Source: an uncultured delta proteobacterium (GTDB taxonomy: Bacteria > Desulfobacterota > Syntrophia > Syntrophales > UBA2185). From it: DNA of 64,000 nt. Position numbers and translations under genes: made by a program. Within the stretch, counting starts at the first letter, position 1, and each line of letters starts with the position of its first letter. This document shows, in pieces, positions 40,561-49,905 of this stretch. The DNA lies in NCBI GenBank assembly GCA_963729715.1, contig CAVSPA010000007.1, forward strand, positions 128,001 to 192,000. Direction: 5' to 3'. The notes under the pieces were generated by a model. It was not told the origin of the DNA. It saw only the letters and a program-made list of their open reading frames with translations, and made no database searches.

Positions 40561-40953
40561 ATGACTAATACATCGGAAAGAAAAATAATAAGCACTCCCA
40601 ATGCCCCAAAAGCAATCGGCCCTTATGCGCAGGCAGTAAGGTACGGCGATCTGCTGTTTGTTTCGGGGATGATTCCCATTGATCCCAAGACGGGTGAATT
40701 ATTAACGGGGAATTTCGCGGCCGAGGTGACGTTGGTTCTCGAAAATCTCAAGGCCGTAGTTGAGGCAAGCGGCATGAGCCTGAAGAATGTCCTGAAAACA
40801 TCAGTCTTCCTCAAAGACCTCGCACTCTTCGGAAAATTCAACGATATCTACACAAGATATTTCGGCGACGTCCTCCCCGCGCGGGAGACTATTCAAGTGG
40901 CCCAATTGCCGAGGGATGCGTCAATTGAGATTTCCATAATCTGCGGGAAGTGA
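40561..40953 (+). CDS. RidA family reactive imine deaminase
   Basis: APKAIGPYAQA and PARETIQVAQLP. Confidence 0.9.
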   Translation: MTNTSERKIISTPNAPKAIGPYAQAVRYGDLLFVSGMIPIDPKTGELLTGNFAAEVTLVLENLKAVVEASGMSLKNVLKTSVFLKDLALFGKFNDIYTRYFGDVLPARETIQVAQLPRDASIEISIICGK

Positions 40954-40986
40954 CAAAGGCAAAATACAGTTCGTAAGATCTTACCA

Positions 40987-41874
40987 ATGGCAAAGAGATT
41001 AAAAGATTTGATCAGGGCATTGCCACAGTTCTTCGCTTTCCTGTTCAGGGTAATGCGCGGCTTCAGACAGAACCAAGGCATGCTGCTCTCCGGCGCCATT
41101 GCCTTTTACACCCTTCTCTCGATCGCTCCCCTGTCGATACTCACCCTGATTGTTCTTTCGCATTTTGTACAAGAGGAGCAATTGTTCCTCACCTTGTCGA
41201 CATACCTGGAGATGGCGATGCCGGGATACGCTTCCACGCTGATAGAACAGGTGCGGACATTTTTTGCACACCGCAAAGTAATCGGAGTTATCGGTATTCT
41301 TATCATGTTGTTTTTTAGCTCCGCTGCCTTTACGGTGCTTGAGAATGCGATCTCGGTAATATTTCACCACCGCATCAAGATCCAGCGCCGCCACTTTATC
41401 ATCTCCGCCATCATTCCTTACGTATACATCCTCTTAATCGGACTCGGCATATTCTTTGTGTCATTCTTTGCGGGCGCATTTGAGGCCATAGAAAGCAGGC
41501 ACTTCATACTCTTGGGATGGAATTGGAGCTTTGAAGGCACGTCGAGGATTGTATTCTATTGGTCAGGGTTGATTGGCGAAGTGCTCATGTTTACATCTCT
41601 ATATCTCGTCATGCCTGTTGGACGGATAACTTTCCGCCACGCACTCCTGGGAGGATTGGCCGCCACGATCCTTTGGGAGATAACCCGTCGCATCGTCGTC
41701 TGGTATTATAAATCAGTATCCTTCGTAAATATAATTTACGGCTCCCTGGCCTCAACAGTAGTATTTCTTCTCAGTGTGGAGGCAGCAGCGATAATCCTGC
41801 TCTTGGGAGCCCAGGTTATTGCAGAGCTCGAAAGCAAACCTGATGATATTAAGGAAGACCATTTCCGGTTTTGA
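40987..41874 (+). CDS. YihY/virulence factor BrkB family membrane protein
   Basis: AIAFYTLLSIAP, IYGSLAS, LLGAQV. Confidence 0.85.
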   Translation: MAKRLKDLIRALPQFFAFLFRVMRGFRQNQGMLLSGAIAFYTLLSIAPLSILTLIVLSHFVQEEQLFLTLSTYLEMAMPGYASTLIEQVRTFFAHRKVIGVIGILIMLFFSSAAFTVLENAISVIFHHRIKIQRRHFIISAIIPYVYILLIGLGIFFVSFFAGAFEAIESRHFILLGWNWSFEGTSRIVFYWSGLIGEVLMFTSLYLVMPVGRITFRHALLGGLAATILWEITRRIVVWYYKSVSFVNIIYGSLASTVVFLLSVEAAAIILLLGAQVIAELESKPDDIKEDHFRF

Positions 41875-41903
41875 GAAGGCCCTTATCGCAAGGAGGCCCA
41901 CAT

Positions 41904-42308
41904 ATGAAGACAATAAAGTTTGCCATCATTCTCTCAATGCTGATTTCCTTACTGACCTTTATCACATCGTGCGCGTCAGTAACACGAGGCACCATTAGCT
42001 CGACAACGAGTTACGAGCGAGTATTCAACGCGTGCATCGAGAGCGCGAGTGACGTTAAGTTCATGGTCTATGACAGCAACATGGAAGCAGGATTTATCTA
42101 TGCCGTATATCCAGGGACACTGGGCGGCATGGTTCAAATGAATATCAACGTCACCAAGGCGGCAGGGGAGATAAAGGTTACGATTGCAGTCGCGCTGCCG
42201 CCGGACGTGGTCGGGAGTTCCAAGTCGACTGTAAATGATTTTGCCAAGGCGCTTAAAAGAAGAATCCCCGATGTGAAGGTTGAATCAATAGAACAGAAAT
42301 ATTCTTAA
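41904..42308 (+). CDS. Hypothetical lipoprotein
   Basis: AGGAGG RBS and lipobox ITSC. Confidence 0.65.
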   Translation: MKTIKFAIILSMLISLLTFITSCASVTRGTISSTTSYERVFNACIESASDVKFMVYDSNMEAGFIYAVYPGTLGGMVQMNINVTKAAGEIKVTIAVALPPDVVGSSKSTVNDFAKALKRRIPDVKVESIEQKYS

Positions 42309-42690
42309 AATAGAAGACCTATGAAAGGGTCCGATGCCATCGAATCGATCGGACCCGAAAGCAAGGCCGAAGATAAGGGCAAGGAGCATTTCAGATTTTA
42401 GGAAGCGCCGTTATTGTAACGGCCTATGACAATTGCTTCTTAGCTTCTTAGAAAATTCTAATTGGGACTGATTCCTTCCTTGTTTATCCACAAATCGTTA
42501 ACCTTGTTGAAGATGCAAGACTTGAACCCATAATCATTGATATTCTGTCCAAAATAAAAGTGATATAAGTATGTAATTGAAATGCTGTGGAACGGCCGTG
42601 AAGCAGACGGCTAACGGATAAAAAACGTAAACTATAGAGAAAAACCGGTCGGTTGACCATTATACAATAGTTAGATTCGAAGAGCAGCAT

Positions 42691-42987
42691 ATGGAATTCA
42701 CTTTTACATTTATCCGACTATTATTTTTAGGCATCTATTTGACCGCACCGTTGATTCTGGTTTTATGTTTGTTTATTGTCGTCCTCGGTATAATAGTCGT
42801 TCGCATTGAAGGTTGGTCTAAATTTGACGCGGTATATTGGTCATTAATAATCGCGCTGACGGTTGGCTTCGGTGACATTCGACCTTTAAAGAGGCATTCA
42901 AAAATGTTAGCAATAGTAATTACATCGGCAGGAGTTATGTTCTCTGGATTACAGGATATTCAAATAATGAGAGAAATAACCAAATAG
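42691..42987 (+). CDS. Two-TM potassium channel family protein, possibly C-terminally shortened
   Basis: DAVYW...LTVGFGD selectivity filter. The second TM is short. Confidence 0.7.
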   Translation: MEFTFTFIRLLFLGIYLTAPLILVLCLFIVVLGIIVVRIEGWSKFDAVYWSLIIALTVGFGDIRPLKRHSKMLAIVITSAGVMFSGLQDIQIMREITK

Positions 42988-43353
42988 AATCGTATAACAT
43001 TTGCATTCACCAGCCGGCAAGAATGCGCGGCGGCTTAAGGGGCGAGTTCAATCGCGTAGCTCTGATGCAGGTCTTCTAATCACTTTCAAATCGTAATTCA
43101 CATCATTTCTTTTAGTTCCGCATGCTTGACTTGTAGTCAACTAATTATCATTTCTTCTTTCCTAAAGTCTTGATTTTTCTATTTTACCATTTTGTGTTAT
43201 ATTACAGCTAGAAACAAACTAAAATGGCCCCCATAGGAGCCCTCATAACAGTAGAACTCAAACGATGAATGCGGAACATGTGCTAGAGTCAGATCAGTCG
43301 ATCACAAGGTTGAATAGAGCGTTCGGGAATGTGGATAGGGGGGAATAGGGATC

Positions 43354-43554
43354 ATGAAATGTAACGTGGGGCGAACCGATAGAATATTCAGGATCATCTT
43401 AGGGGTCGTCATCATCTTGGCGGGTATCTATTTCAAAAGCTGGTGGGGCGCTGTTGGCCTTCTTCCTATCGTGACCGGTTCTATCAGATGGTGTCCGGCA
43501 TACGTTCCATTTGGATGGTCAACATGTAAAGAAGTAAAAGACAAGTTAGATTAA
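43354..43554 (+). CDS. DUF2892 (YgaP-like) membrane protein
   Basis: NVGRTDRIFR...WCPAYVPFGWSTC. Confidence 0.85.
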   Translation: MKCNVGRTDRIFRIILGVVIILAGIYFKSWWGAVGLLPIVTGSIRWCPAYVPFGWSTCKEVKDKLD

Positions 43555-43580
43555 CTTGCTGTCGCTAAGGGGGAATCAAA

Positions 43581-43922
43581 ATGGCCTATGATTCATTAGT
43601 CGTTCTATGGACAAGCGGAGATAAGGAAGTAGCTACAAAGATGGTGTTCATGTATACATTAAATGCCAAAAAGAAAAATTGGTGGAATGGTGTCACCTTG
43701 ATCGTTTGGGGGCCCTCTGCAAAGCTGCTGAGTGAAGATCCTGAGTTGCAAAAGAAGATAGCAGACATGAAGAACGAAGGAATTAAATTGGAAGCCTGTA
43801 AGGCTTGTGCAGATCAATATGGCGTTTCAGGCGTTCTTGAAAACCTCGGGATTGAAGTAAAATATATGGGGGGTCCTTTAACAGATTACATCAAAGGAGA
43901 GCATCATATATTGACCTTTTAA
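43581..43922 (+). CDS. DsrE family protein
   Basis: LIVWGPS...EACKACAD. Confidence 0.82.
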   Translation: MAYDSLVVLWTSGDKEVATKMVFMYTLNAKKKNWWNGVTLIVWGPSAKLLSEDPELQKKIADMKNEGIKLEACKACADQYGVSGVLENLGIEVKYMGGPLTDYIKGEHHILTF

Positions 43923-44290
43923 GCGGGGGAGGAAGGCCATATTGGAGCATGACCTGCCTCTTAATCATGATCCAATTCGACACTGTGAATTAATGCGAAT
44001 AAAAGGAGAGTTGCAATTAAAAAGATTCTTTTCAACTTGGCCGCTGTCACCTTGTTATCTTCCTGTGGGAGAGGATATCCCTACGACTCAATGGGTGGTC
44101 CGGGTGGCGGCTGGGTAGGAATGAAACATGCCTGCCATTTGAATCACCTTCTTTTCTTATTGACGCACCACTTCTCTGCACGCATATTATAGTAGGTGTG
44201 TCATACGGAAGAAATTAATGACAAAAGGGGATTTGTGACACAGCCTCCGAGTTTGGGATAACATTTCGCAGAAAGCACGTTCAGGAAAAT

Positions 44291-45460
44291 ATGGAAAAGG
44301 AAACCTCAAAACCTACAGCCCGGAAGATCATGATGGAATTTGCCCGTCTCACCGGACTGTCATCGTCGAAGGAAAAGCCGCGCCGCTACTTATGGACAGA
44401 TGCGTTTGCCGTCTGCAATTTCCTCACCCTGTACAAGCAGACGAGTGATGAGCGCTACAAGGAGCTTGCCCTCCGCCTCGTCGATCAGGTTCACAACATC
44501 CTCGGACGGCGCCGTGAAGAAGACACATGGATAGGCTGGATCAGCGGTCTTTCCGAGGAAGAGGGAAAACTGCACCCCACGAGCGGCGGGTTGAGAATCG
44601 GCAAGGGAATGAACGAGCGCGGACGCGACGAATCTTACGACGAACAGTTGGAGTGGGACCGCGACGGACAATACTACCATTACCTGACGAAGTGGATGCA
44701 TGCCCTCGCTCGCGTAAGCCGGGTTACGGGAGATTCCATTTACGCGAGATGGGCAATTGAGCTTGCGAAAGCGGTGCATTCCAAGTTTACCTATATTCCG
44801 CTGGCGGGTGGACAGAAACGCATGTACTGGAAGATGAGCATCGACCTGTCCTATCCTCTCGTGTCTTCGATGGGGCATCACGATCCACTCGACGGTCTCG
44901 TCACCTACCTGGAGATCCAGGCGGCGGTGGAAGGTTCCAAGAAATCGAAGGAGCTCGACCTCAGCAAGGAGATCAAAGACATGGCCGATACATGCGAGGG
45001 GAAGAGCTGGGCAACAGATGATCCCCTCGGCATGGGCGAACTCTTGAGCACGGCGTACAAACTGGCCCAGTTGATGACTGACACGGATTCTGAGCAGGAA
45101 GAACTTCTGAATGACCTCCTCGATTCTTCCATCACGGGCTTGCGATTGTTTGAAAGAAGGAATCAATTGAAACTCCCCTCAGAGTGCCGCCTCGCATTCC
45201 GGGAGCTCGGTTTGTCCATCGGCCTGCACGCGATCGAGAGACTGCCGGAGCTGATCAAGCAGTCTCCGCGCTTCAGTGCGAACCCCCGTCTGCAATCACA
45301 GATGAAAGACCTGATGCGCTACGTACCTCTCAGCAACGTGATCGAGGCATATTGGCTTGACGACGCGAACAGACAGGCTGCAGGGTGGACGGGGCATCTT
45401 GATATAAACATGGTGATGCTGGCAACGAGTCTCGCTCCCGAAGGGTATATCTCGTTCTAA
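44291..45460 (+). CDS. Conserved hypothetical all-helical protein
   Basis: 389-aa ORF with strong-looking motifs RRYLWTDAF, DGQYYHYLTKW, RLAFRELG, HLDINMVM. Function not recognised. Confidence 0.7.
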   Translation: MEKETSKPTARKIMMEFARLTGLSSSKEKPRRYLWTDAFAVCNFLTLYKQTSDERYKELALRLVDQVHNILGRRREEDTWIGWISGLSEEEGKLHPTSGGLRIGKGMNERGRDESYDEQLEWDRDGQYYHYLTKWMHALARVSRVTGDSIYARWAIELAKAVHSKFTYIPLAGGQKRMYWKMSIDLSYPLVSSMGHHDPLDGLVTYLEIQAAVEGSKKSKELDLSKEIKDMADTCEGKSWATDDPLGMGELLSTAYKLAQLMTDTDSEQEELLNDLLDSSITGLRLFERRNQLKLPSECRLAFRELGLSIGLHAIERLPELIKQSPRFSANPRLQSQMKDLMRYVPLSNVIEAYWLDDANRQAAGWTGHLDINMVMLATSLAPEGYISF

Positions 45461-45631
45461 TTTGTTCTTCCACTTTTGTTATCTCAGCTTTGACCCCTAA
45501 TCCTTACAATACACAGATATAGTTAAGGGCCAGCATCGATTATCCGACTGGATCTTTGTGATGGTTTCAGCACCCCATCTTTGTCAGCAGCAATAGCAAT
45601 GACAAATACGCATTACGACAGAGTTTCCGGC

Positions 45632-45667
45632 GGGGTATATGACCCCCAGTGGGGGTAATATTACCCG
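45632..45667 (+). promoter_or_regulatory. Tandem enhancer (UAS) sites, GGGG-N7-CCCC type
   Basis: GGGGTATATGACCCC (45632) and GGGTAATATTACCCG (45653), 21 bp apart and 63 bp upstream of the sigma54 box. Confidence 0.6.
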
Positions 45668-45730
45668 TAAACAGTGACAAGAACGTTTCTTAAATTTCAT
45701 ATCTCGTTAAGATCATTTAACAAAAACATA

Positions 45731-45746
45731 TGGCATCAGTATTGCT
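45731..45746 (+). promoter_or_regulatory. Sigma54 (-24/-12) promoter of the hydrogenase operon
   Basis: TGGCAT-CAGTA-TTGCT matches TGGCAC-N5-TTGCW. Confidence 0.8.
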
Positions 45747-45903
45747 AATTGTTAAGTTTACATTCTGATCGGCGGATCGCATCCTCCATACCGTGTCATC
45801 CTAATCGCAAGGATGTCATTTCACTTCACTCGAAATGACAGAATGGCAGATAACTCGGGGAAGCGATCTCTAGGTGCGGAAAAAAATATGAGGAGGGATC
45901 ACC

Positions 45904-47703
45904 ATGTGGAAGACCACTATCCAGGGAGAGGCGTCTGTGGAGCCTGCCATCAAGCAGTGTCTCGCACCGTGCCAGGAGCGATGTCCCATCAACGAGGATA
46001 TCCAACGCACAAACGTCCTCATCTCCTTGCTGCCGGAGGATATCGAGCAGGCCAAAGAGGGCCTGATACAGATCGGGGATTATCTTTTTGAAAATAACCC
46101 TCTCTTCCCCGTGTGCGGCTATGTCTGCGGTATATGCGAACTGGGTTGTAATTACCAGAGCAAGGGGGGGTCCATCAGAAGAAGGCTCTTGAAGCGGTTT
46201 GTATCTGATTATTTTTTAAATCACCTCGATGAGAAAAAAGAATACGACGTCGTTAAGGACAAGGGAAACGTGGCCGTCATCGGCGGGGGCCCGGGCGGGC
46301 TGATGTGCGCCTTTCACCTCGGCAGAAAAGGCTACAGAGTGACTATCTTCGAGGCCTCGGGCAGACTCGGAGGAGCGCTCTGGCTGATCCCTCATTATCG
46401 CCTCCCCAAGATAGTACTGCAGAGGGTCATAGAAAACATGCTGCGGGTGGCCGGTGTGGAAGTAAAATACAATTCGAGGATCGGCGAGGGGAATCTCACC
46501 CTCGATAAACTAAGGAAGGACGGCTACAAGGCGGTGTTCATCGCTAAAGGGACGCCCACACCGAGGGTACTCACCTTTGGTCGGGAGATGGTGGAGAACC
46601 AGGATTTGGATGGCGTCATGTATGGGCAAACTTTTCTCTATGAGGTGAGTCGAGGCATCCTCGTGAAAGATTACCTGGGCGAAAAGAAGGTTATCGTCAT
46701 TGGCGGCGGCAACGTGGCCTTTGATGCGGCACGATCAGCCAAGAGGTTGGGTGGAGATGTTACACTGGTGGCCCTCGAAAATGAGGACAAGTCCTCAAAG
46801 GACGGTATTCCCGCAGACCACGAGGAAATCCGGGGCGCCTGGGAAGAAGGCATAAGGATCACCTACTCTCGCGGTGTAAGTAAAATATTGGGCGAAGAAG
46901 GAAGATTCACTGGTATTGTCTCTCCTAAATGCACGGGCGTCTTCGATAAGGAGGGCAGGTTCAATCCGGAATTCGACACCGGCGACACCGTCACCATGAA
47001 CGGCGATGCCCTTATCATCACCGTCGGCCAAGGGCCGGATCGGGCGTTTCTTCAAGGAGAGGGCCTATTGGATGAAAATGGGCGGCTGGCTGTGGATCCA
47101 CTCACCCTCCAGAGCAGCAACAAAGAATGGGTTTTCGTCGGCGGCGACGTGCGAAGGGTAGGCTTTATGGTGGATGCTATGAGGGAAGGCCAGGAGGCCG
47201 CCGAGTCCATTGAGCGTTACCTCAAGGGAATCGATATCAGGGCTGGCAGGAAAAAAGAATTTGAGGCATTCGATATACCGGCCCTAAAGGATGAAGACTA
47301 CAGGTCTGAGCCCGAAGTAGTATGGATACCGGCAGAGAAGCGCGTACACTTCCAGATGTTTGAGAAAGGCTTCACCCTCAAAGAAGCCATCGAGGAAGCG
47401 AGGCGCTGTCTCTGCTGCGGCCCCTGCGTGTCGTGCAAGGCATGTATATCCATCGGTATGCAGGACGAACTGCCGTCTGTTGTTGTTCATGAGCACCTCT
47501 GCAGCGGATGCGGGATATGTGTATCGTCCTGCCATTACGGCGCGGCCTATCTCAAGGAGCAGGTCGGCCACCTTGTATCCGCAACCGACATATTCAGATG
47601 CAAGGCCTGCGGTATGTGCGTATCAGCCTGCCCGGCCGGCGCCAGAGAACTGATCGGCTCCGACATGGAAGAACGTATCGCCGAGGTCTATGCCTCGCTT
47701 TAA
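45904..47703 (+). CDS. GltD/NfnB(SudA)-like FAD/NAD(P)H oxidoreductase with C-terminal ferredoxin domain
   Basis: N-terminal Cys clusters PCQERCP and CGYVCGICELGC, GGGPGG, GGGNVAFDAAR, GGD, EARRCLCCGPCVSCKAC and two CxxCxxCxxxC motifs. Confidence 0.85.
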   Translation: MWKTTIQGEASVEPAIKQCLAPCQERCPINEDIQRTNVLISLLPEDIEQAKEGLIQIGDYLFENNPLFPVCGYVCGICELGCNYQSKGGSIRRRLLKRFVSDYFLNHLDEKKEYDVVKDKGNVAVIGGGPGGLMCAFHLGRKGYRVTIFEASGRLGGALWLIPHYRLPKIVLQRVIENMLRVAGVEVKYNSRIGEGNLTLDKLRKDGYKAVFIAKGTPTPRVLTFGREMVENQDLDGVMYGQTFLYEVSRGILVKDYLGEKKVIVIGGGNVAFDAARSAKRLGGDVTLVALENEDKSSKDGIPADHEEIRGAWEEGIRITYSRGVSKILGEEGRFTGIVSPKCTGVFDKEGRFNPEFDTGDTVTMNGDALIITVGQGPDRAFLQGEGLLDENGRLAVDPLTLQSSNKEWVFVGGDVRRVGFMVDAMREGQEAAESIERYLKGIDIRAGRKKEFEAFDIPALKDEDYRSEPEVVWIPAEKRVHFQMFEKGFTLKEAIEEARRCLCCGPCVSCKACISIGMQDELPSVVVHEHLCSGCGICVSSCHYGAAYLKEQVGHLVSATDIFRCKACGMCVSACPAGARELIGSDMEERIAEVYASL

Positions 47704-47744
47704 GGATAAATATCCTGGAAATCAGAATAGCGGGAGTAGCAAAA

Positions 47745-48371
47745 ATGGGAACATCCAAATTGACAATCACGCATCCTGAGATTTCACACACTTCTCTGAA
47801 TGCATACTTATCGCGTAGAGCCCCCGAAAGGGTGAAATTACGGATAGCTATCCTGCAGGGTGTCATGGACAGAGTGCCCATAAATCACCTGAGTCGGCGG
47901 CGCAAGATGTCCCGGCAGGGTATCTATAATCTTGTTGACCGCATAAACAGAGAAGGTTTGCGGGGTATCGAGGATCAACATCTCGGTCGCCCCGGCAAAC
48001 TGACGGCAGACATCGCTGAAGATCTGAAAGAGACATTAATCCATTCACCGCTGGATCAGGGGTACGCGCAGCTACGCTGGGACAACTCGCTCGTAAGAAG
48101 GTATCTGAGAGAGAGGCACGGGATCGACATAGGCCGCGCTCAACTCATTAACTGGCTGCACGCGATCGGCACCCCTGTGAAACTGGCCCGGAAGAAGTAT
48201 GAGAAGGCAGCTTCCGAAAGAAGAAGATCATTCGTTGATTATCTGAATCAGCTGGCAGATAGGATCACCCTCTTGGGGGATGAAGCAGGCGCTCAATTAG
48301 ACGTAGAGCTTATTGCCCAGTGGGCGCCGGAAGGATGCCCACCACATTTGTTCACGGGCAGCATACGGTGA
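47745..48371 (+). CDS. IS630-family transposase-derived helix-turn-helix protein lacking most of the DDE domain
   Basis: SRQGIYNLVDRINREGLRGI, GRPGKL, SPLDQGY..RW, LHAIG, LLGDEAG, QWAPEG then stop. RBS GGGAG before ATG 47745. Confidence 0.75.
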   Translation: MGTSKLTITHPEISHTSLNAYLSRRAPERVKLRIAILQGVMDRVPINHLSRRRKMSRQGIYNLVDRINREGLRGIEDQHLGRPGKLTADIAEDLKETLIHSPLDQGYAQLRWDNSLVRRYLRERHGIDIGRAQLINWLHAIGTPVKLARKKYEKAASERRRSFVDYLNQLADRITLLGDEAGAQLDVELIAQWAPEGCPPHLFTGSIR

Positions 48372-48444
48372 CATGATAATCTCAAGGGAAATGCGAGTAT
48401 TCTGATGAATGGGTATTATGAAAATAGTGCACGAGGAGGACGAT

Positions 48445-48840
48445 ATGAAGGAGTTTACCCCCAAGCTTGTATGCTTCTCCTGTAAGTTCGGGTGGGGCTA
48501 TTTGAATGGCAATGGCTATGCGAAGAAGCTGAAGAACGTTATCCCCGTGGCTTGCAGCGGCAAGGTGGATGCCACACATATCATCGATGCTTTCAAGGAA
48601 GGGGCGGACGGCGTGTTAATACTGGGCTGCGCCGACAAGGAATGTCATTTTCAGACCGGCAACTACCAGGCGAGAAAGAGGGTCCTTCTATTGAAGAAAA
48701 CGCTTAAAGAATTCGGCATCGCGCCCGGCCGACTCAAGATAGCCCTCAGTCTCGACCCGGAAGGCACGAAGATCCCCGTCTTCATCGAGGAGATGAAAAA
48801 AGAGGTTGAGAGTTTGGGACCTCTTTCCATCAGGGCGTGA
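48445..48840 (+). CDS. mvhD: Hydrogenase iron-sulfur subunit MvhD/FlpD
   Basis: FSC, VACSGKVD, AFKEGADGVLILGC..KECHFQTGN. RBS GAGGAGG. Confidence 0.85.
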   Translation: MKEFTPKLVCFSCKFGWGYLNGNGYAKKLKNVIPVACSGKVDATHIIDAFKEGADGVLILGCADKECHFQTGNYQARKRVLLLKKTLKEFGIAPGRLKIALSLDPEGTKIPVFIEEMKKEVESLGPLSIRA

Positions 48841-48925
48841 ATCGGCGACTGATGATGAAACATTCGAAAATATTCTTTTTGTGTCATTCCGAAGCGCGAA
48901 GCAACGAGGAAGATTGGAGGATAAT

Positions 48926-49903
48926 ATGGCAGAGAAACCCAAGGTGGCAATTTACTGGCTCGCATCCTGCGCAGGCTGCGATGAGGCCATAGTGGATCTG
49001 AACGAAGTTATTCTGACGGTCGCCGATGCCGTGGATATTGTGCTATGGCCTGTTGCCCTAGACTTCAAGTATGAAAGCATCCGCAAGATGAAAAAGGGAG
49101 AGATAGCCCTTTCCATCCTTCACGGGTCTGTGCGTAATTCCGAGCAGGAAGAGATGGCCAAGCTCCTCCGGGAAAAATCGCAGCTCGTGCTGGCTTTCGG
49201 CGCTTGTGCCTGCTTCGGGGGCACGGCGGGACTGGCGAACTTCATTTCAAAAAAGGATATCTTCGACTGGGTCTACCAAGACGCGCCGACAGTAGTGAAC
49301 CCGAACAATAACAGGCCTCAGACGGAAACGAAAGTCAACGGAAACAAGCTGACTCTTCCAGATTTTTTCGACCGGGTTTATCCCCTCCACGATATCATCC
49401 ATGTAGACTATTACCTGCCCGGATGCCCCCCGCCACCGGAACTTATAGCAAACGCGGTCTTCGCCGTCCTCGAAGACAAGCTTCCTCCGCGAGGCGCGAC
49501 ACTCGCACCTACCAAGCCTCTGTGCGACACATGTCCACGGAACAAATCCAAGCCGCTCAAGATGGAGATATCGGAGTTCAAGAGGATACACGAGATTGAA
49601 GCGAAGGATGACCAGTGTTTTCTCGCACAGGGCGTCCTCTGTATAGGGCCTGCGATCCGTTCAGGGTGCGGAGAAACATGCATCAGAACCAATGTTCCCT
49701 GCAGGGGTTGCTTCGGTCCTGTCGACGGTGTGGATGATGCAGGCGCGAGATTCATCTCCGGATTGGCATCGCTCATCGGCGCAGAAAGCGAGGCGGAAGC
49801 TGAAAAAAGCATCGCAGGGATTGCCGACCTGGCAGGTTACTGTTACCGCTTCAGTCTCCCGAGGGCGTCGCTCAACAGAAAGAGCAAGAATAAGGAGAAA
49901 TAA
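48926..49903 (+). CDS. mvhG: F420-non-reducing [NiFe]-hydrogenase small subunit
   Basis: ASCAGC, GACACFGG, LPGCPP, LCDTC, CFLAQGVLCIGP, CRGCFGP. Confidence 0.88.
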   Translation: MAEKPKVAIYWLASCAGCDEAIVDLNEVILTVADAVDIVLWPVALDFKYESIRKMKKGEIALSILHGSVRNSEQEEMAKLLREKSQLVLAFGACACFGGTAGLANFISKKDIFDWVYQDAPTVVNPNNNRPQTETKVNGNKLTLPDFFDRVYPLHDIIHVDYYLPGCPPPPELIANAVFAVLEDKLPPRGATLAPTKPLCDTCPRNKSKPLKMEISEFKRIHEIEAKDDQCFLAQGVLCIGPAIRSGCGETCIRTNVPCRGCFGPVDGVDDAGARFISGLASLIGAESEAEAEKSIAGIADLAGYCYRFSLPRASLNRKSKNKEK

Positions 49904-49905
49904 CC

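Noticed and set aside
44003..44140. Lipoprotein-like fragment KKILFNLAAVTLLSSCGRGYPYDSMGGPGGGW after an AGGAG RBS
   Set aside because: No proper start codon and it ends quickly. Probably a remnant, but too short to assign.
48369..48371. TGA ending the IS630-derived ORF as a possible selenocysteine or readthrough codon
   Set aside because: No SECIS-like hairpin seen, the position is not a Cys site, and the downstream frame runs into mvhD without restoring a DDE domain.
48882..48911. TGTCATTCCG...GAAGC..CGAGGAA REP-like fragment, with a similar TGTCAT hairpin near 45794-45840
   Set aside because: Too degenerate to establish as a repeat family from this window.
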